NCBI RefSeq assembly: GCF_009914755.1
Contig: NC_060942.1
Direction: 5' to 3' (one strand)
DNA length: 64,000 bases
DNA from: the human T2T-CHM13v2.0 reference genome, Homo sapiens
Program-made: the position numbers and the translations under genes
Part shown: piece by piece, positions 58,731-64,000 of the stretch
Numbering within the stretch: position 1 is the first letter of the stretch
How the letters are laid out: each line of letters begins with the position of its first letter
The notes under the pieces: model-generated
Told to the model about the DNA's origin: nothing
Databases searched by the model: none
What the model saw: only the letters and a program-made list of their open reading frames with translations

Positions 58731-59657
58731 CTCTTATAGAAATCACTAACAGATATAACCCACATGAATAAAGTTGGGTAAGAGTAAGGTTTGGGAGTTG
58801 GTGGCTTTTGTTTTTCTTTTTTCTTTTTTTTTTTTAACTTACCCTTTAAAATCCAAGTGTCATGTCTACAAAGAAGTGGCAGAACCCACAAATTAAAATA
58901 AAGATCTTTCTTCCTCTCTGCTCCCTTAATTCTGATTTTTCCTTCTTTCATAGGGTTTACTAGAGTTATTTTTTATTTTCCCACTCCAAATCAATTATGA
59001 AATCCTACAAAAACAAGATCATGTGTTTCATCTTTGTCTCTACTAGCACCGTGAATTGCTTAGGGATTTCTCTTTAAAATGACAATTAAATAACATCTGT
59101 TAGCAGTGTTGTCATTTAGGTAAATTTATACTTAGGCATTAGTCTTGTCATTTATCAGACCTTAATATTTTAAATTTTTCATCATGGAACGTATTGATTT
59201 GGATGTGAACAACCTGAATTATTTTCAAGTAATTTTTCCTTCAATTCAATTCAGTCAACTTCATATTTACTTAAAATAATTAAGTTTAATGCTTTTATTA
59301 AACTTTAATCAGTACTTTATGCTTTTACAACCATGTGAAAAATCAATAATTTAAAAGTACATATTATTTTTAATGATGCAATAATTTACCGATATTGAAA
59401 AGCTCAAGGATTTCACAATTTTAATAAATGTTGATAATTTTTTATGTTACATTGACAGGTTTTAGACTAATAAAAACATAATTTTAAAACATTTTAGAAA
59501 TTTTAAAAGCTTTCTTTATGTAAGTAAATGCAGAGTTTCCCATGATAGTCAATCCATATAGTATTGACAGTAAAAAAAGAAATGAAGATAGGATATTCAA
59601 ATACATTAGATCTTGTCCTAAATTTTCATGGTTAAAATTTTTTTTTAAGTGGAATTT

Positions 59658-59986
<329 letters not shown>

Positions 59987-60805
59987 GTAGAATTTGATAC
60001 TCTTCATTATATTTTTCTTTTCTGGTATCTGTTTAATTTCTTAGGGTACATGCTGAAGTGGATAACATCACACTGTTGATCAACAATGAAAAACCTTGCA
60101 TTATTCTAAAAACTACTGTAACAATGTGGGCTTGAAGAAGCTGTCTGCATTTCTAAATGTAAATTTTACAGAAGAGCAAACACTGTGTTTGACCTACATC
60201 ATCTGTCAGATATCCTAAGGCTCTGAAATTAGAAAATCCCTGGGGTTTGCTGCATTTTGCTAGGCTATCCATTAGCTTATTTTGTCAATTTTTATTATAA
60301 GAGGACAAAAAAATAGAAATCACAATATCTGTTCTAATATTCTTTTATATTTGCAAGTAAAAACCTTTGGAAAAGGTTCTCAAATAGATTTATAAATGTT
60401 TTTATTATATGGTACAGCTAGCTATTATATGTAATGTAGTTTAACAGTATATCATTCTTGTGTTTACCTTTTTATGTAAATTCTTAAGCCACACATAATT
60501 TTCATTAAGATCCTTTGTTCAGGTAAAATTAGTAGCATTTGAAAATGGTATATCTTTTCAAACATAACTTCAATTTATTTTGTTGTAATAAAATTTGTTG
60601 TAAATATCACTTGATTCCATTAATCATTTAAAAATTACAAAGTTAAGCTTTATTTCAGAACACGATTTAATGTGCTTAAAATACAACCCGTGAATCACTC
60701 TTCCTAAAAAACTTCATATTTCTCTCCAGGGTATTAATTCTCAGGAACTGTAAGACATTGATGTTTATTTTTTTTTTTTACTGAAAGGGAAAATGAATGT
60801 TTTCA

Positions 60806-60935
60806 GATGGATGGACAGATAGATAGCAAATTGTATACACATACATGTACACACATACACACACATGCACATATATACACACATACATACATACAGATAC
60901 ATGCATATACAAATATATGTATTTTTATATATAAG
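60806..60935 (+). repeat. Low-complexity (GATR)n / (CA,TA)n tract
   Basis: gatggatggacagatagatag followed by acacatacatgtacacacatacac... Confidence 0.8.
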
Positions 60936-61109
60936 CAAACCTCTTTAAGTATTTTACTTAAAATCACCCATATTACATATTTTAATTTTTCAAGATAATT
61001 TTAAATGAGATAATTACAAATAGGGAGAAAACAAATATAAATAACAGATATATTAAAACTAATTTTCTAAGCTAAAGCCTTTCCTTTAAGAACTGACATA
61101 AAAAAAGAA

Positions 61110-61828
61110 AACCTACTTTCACCCCTCCTATTCTACATAGCACTAGAAGTCCTAGCCAGAGCAAACAGGCAAAAAAAAAAAAAAGAAAGAAGAAATAAAA
61201 GGCATCCAGATTGGAAAAGAAGTCAAATTGTCAAATTGTCCCTCTTTGCAGATGAGATGATCTTATATTTTGAAAAATGTATATTTTGGCCTCACACAGT
61301 GGATCACACCTGCAATGCTAACACTTTGGGAGGTGGAGGCAGGAGGATCACTTGACATCAGAAGTTCAAGAACAGCCTGGGTAATATAGTGATACTCTGT
61401 CTCTTACGTGAAAAAAAAAGAAAAGAAAAAAGAAAAAGGAGCACCTAAAGACTCTGCCAAAGTGGATTTAGATATGATAAATTCAGTAAAGTTGCAGCAT
61501 ACAAAATCAACATACAAAAAGAAGTGGCATTTCTATACACCAATAATGAACTAGTTAAAAAAGAGATCAAGAAGGCAGTCTCATTTACAATACCTCAAAA
61601 AATAAAATAAAATATCTAGGAACAAATTTAACCAAGGAGGTGAAAGACCTCTACAAGGAAAACTGCAAAACACTGATGAAAGAATTGAACAAATGCAAAG
61701 ACATGCCATGTTAATGGACTGGAAAACTTAGTTGTTAAAATGACCATACTACTCAAAGCAATCTACAGATTCAATGCAATCCCTATCAAGTTACCAATGT
61801 CTTTTTTTACAGAATTAGAAAAACAATT
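61110..61828 (+). mobile_element. L1M ORF2 (RT region) fragment, interrupted by a FLAM at 61288-61438
   Basis: ctagaagtcctagccagagca; tttgcagatgagatgatc (decayed FADD motif); aaattcagtaaagttgcagcatacaaaatcaac; gcaatctacagattcaatgcaatccc. Confidence 0.85.
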
Positions 61829-62433
61829 GTGTGGCTAATCTAAGCACAACAGTTTTGGCACTCACTGAGTGGAAAATTTGTTCAACTTTAATTTTTCTGT
61901 CAGACTTGTATAAGCTGAACCAATTGAGATGACTGTGGGTTTGGCTATTGTTCTGCCATTAATTGTTGGTCTTTCTTAAGGCAAGAACAAGATGATTTTT
62001 TTCCCTCAAAAATTGATGTGGATGATCTGCCACTGAGGGCTTCATCTTGAACATCATCTTGTCTCTTCTTAAATTGACTTATTTATTTGTAAGCTGCTGA
62101 TTTCTTTGGACATTGTTTCCCATAAACTTTTTGTGAAGCATCAATAATTTCATCGTTCTTCCACCCAAGCTTTGCCCTAAGTTTGATGTTTGTCTTTGCT
62201 TCAATTTTAGCAGAATTCATGTTGCTCTGATAGGAGTTCTTTTCAAACTGATGTCTTATCCTTCTTAGTGCCTCAAACTAGAGTCTATTTAGATATGTTA
62301 CAACAAAAGTTGATGAGTTTATGTGAATTTATGAGTTATGAGATTAATAATTTATTTTGGTGCAAAAAATTTTTAATCCATGCGTAGTTTTTTCACTATA
62401 AGCATTTTCTATGAACCTTTCAAAGACCCCTCA
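61829..62433 (-). mobile_element. HSMAR2 mariner transposon, 5' half (TIR plus decayed transposase N-terminus)
   Basis: Minus-strand TIR tgaggggtctttgaaaggttcatagaaaatg next to TA. The frame from ATG at 62220 reads MNSAKIEAKTNIKLRAKLGWKNDEIIDASQKVYGKQCPKKSAAYK*ISQFKKRQDDVQDEALSGRSSTS, matching the recalled Hsmar2 transposase. Confidence 0.9.
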
Positions 62434-62479
62434 TATATACTATTCATTCTGTTTCTCCAGAGAAGCCTAACTAAGACAC
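62434..62479 (+). mobile_element. MLT2 LTR 3' tip
   Basis: tatatatactattcattctgtttctccagagaagcctaactaagaca. Confidence 0.6.
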
Positions 62480-63850
62480 ATGGCTTAGAGATTTTTGCCC
62501 TAGAAGAATAAAGCTGACCATAAAACAGAGTTCTCAGTCTCTTTCCAAAAACACCTGACTTCATTTTCAACAGGGTGTGGAAAAGTTTAAGCATAAGGAC
62601 ACTATACAAAAGCACAGAGGTTGTGATGAAAAGCAATTGAGAGAAAATGATAGGTATATGAGAGATATAAGCTAAACTTTAGGTCAGCAAGTTTGCTGGA
62701 CAGGACCTGGAACATAGACACCTGGGAGGAGCCCATCTGGATTTAGAACCAATGTAAAACAATGACCTCAGGAACTATCACTTTAAAAGATCCCAAATTG
62801 GATTGGCCCCATATGTGAAGTAATATATGCCCCCAGGATATTTTTTTAAAAAATAAAGAAATCAGCCTGCAAATAGTGGAGCTAAATAATTGGGTGTGGT
62901 CATGGAAAGAAAGAGTGAAAGGTAGTCCTGATTAAACTACTGTCATTCCAGATCCAGAAGCTCAATTAACTCAAAGTAGGATAAATGCAAAGTGATATAC
63001 CATCAGGAATGTCATAGTAAAAATACTGAAAGACAAAGACAAATGGAATATCTTGAAAGCAGCAAAAGAAAAACTGCTCTTCACTTACAAAGGAACCCCA
63101 ATAAGATTAACATCTGACTTCTCACTAAAAACACTGTAGACTGGAAGGCAGTGGAAAGTATATTCAAAGTGCTTAAAGGGGGAAAAAAACACGACCACAA
63201 AGAATCTTGTATTCTTCAAAAAATACGATGAAATAAAGGCATCGTGAGACAGACTAAAACTCACAGACATGCCTTACAAGAAATAGTAAGTGATCCCAGT
63301 CCAACCGTACCAAAAAACAGTATCAGTAAGGTAATTATAAAAGACAGTATAAATGCATATTTATTTTTTTCCTCTGAACTGACTTAAAAGGCAATTACAT
63401 AAAACAATACGTATATAATGTACTTTTAGGCCTATAACATATAGAGTTCTAATATATTTACCAATAACAACACAAAGTAGGTGGTGGCAGCAAAGTTGTA
63501 TTGACTATGGAAATGACTTCAGATAGTAACTCAAGTCAATAGGAACAAAAGAAAAGATACAGAAATTATAAAGAAAATGTTAATGTAAAAAGCAATAAAT
63601 ATACACTTGATCTCCTCTCAGCTTCTTTAAAAGATATAAAATTATATAAATTAATTAAAATTATAAATATGATGTAATGTTGGGTTTGTAACATTTATAT
63701 TAATAGATGCAATATGTATAAAAATAATATCACAGTAAGGGAAAAAGCTATGTAGATATGAGATTTCTATATTTCACTGGAACACAATATCAATCTAAAG
63801 CTAATTCTGATATGTTAAAATATTTATGGTAAACCCTAGAACAATCTCTA
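62480..63850 (+). mobile_element. Old L1M 5'UTR/ORF1 region
   Basis: atccagaagctcaattaactcaaagtaggataaat; cttgaaagcagcaaaagaaaa; acaaaggaaccccaataagattaacatctgacttctc. Confidence 0.7.
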
Positions 63851-64000
63851 AGGCATGTAGTTGATTTTCATTATTCATTGTAGTTATGGTCTATAAAGCC
63901 TCTGCAAACATTCAGTTGCAAATCATGAATGAATTAATGAATGACCTCTAGTCACAATGCTTTTGTTAACTGATCATTATATTACCTCGTTTTATTGTTG

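Overview
Primate (human or great-ape) genomic DNA, AT-rich and dense in repeats. The only supportable host coding sequence is a 108-nt phase-0 exon at 31097-31204 (+), encoding [37 protein letters not shown] recognise this as the PH-domain exon 2 of DOK6 (docking protein 6; 18q22 in human), so the rest of the window is most likely DOK6 intron 1 and intron 2. The introns contain many Alu/FLAM copies, old L1M and L2/MIR fragments, a 5'-inverted L1PA, MaLR/ERVL LTRs (THE1, MST, MLT1, a solo LTR18) and DNA transposon relics (MER1A, MER58, Charlie1, HSMAR2). Nearly all ORFs in the track are repeat-derived or chance. I found no evidence of a new multi-gene system. The most interesting signals are fossil DNA-repair and recombination events (a 105-nt tract of rare variants shared by two AluY copies 35 kb apart, a 203-bp templated local duplication, fold-back insertions) plus candidate regulatory and splicing elements. 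Repeat subfamily names come from recalled consensus features, not database searches, and boundaries of old repeats are approximate.
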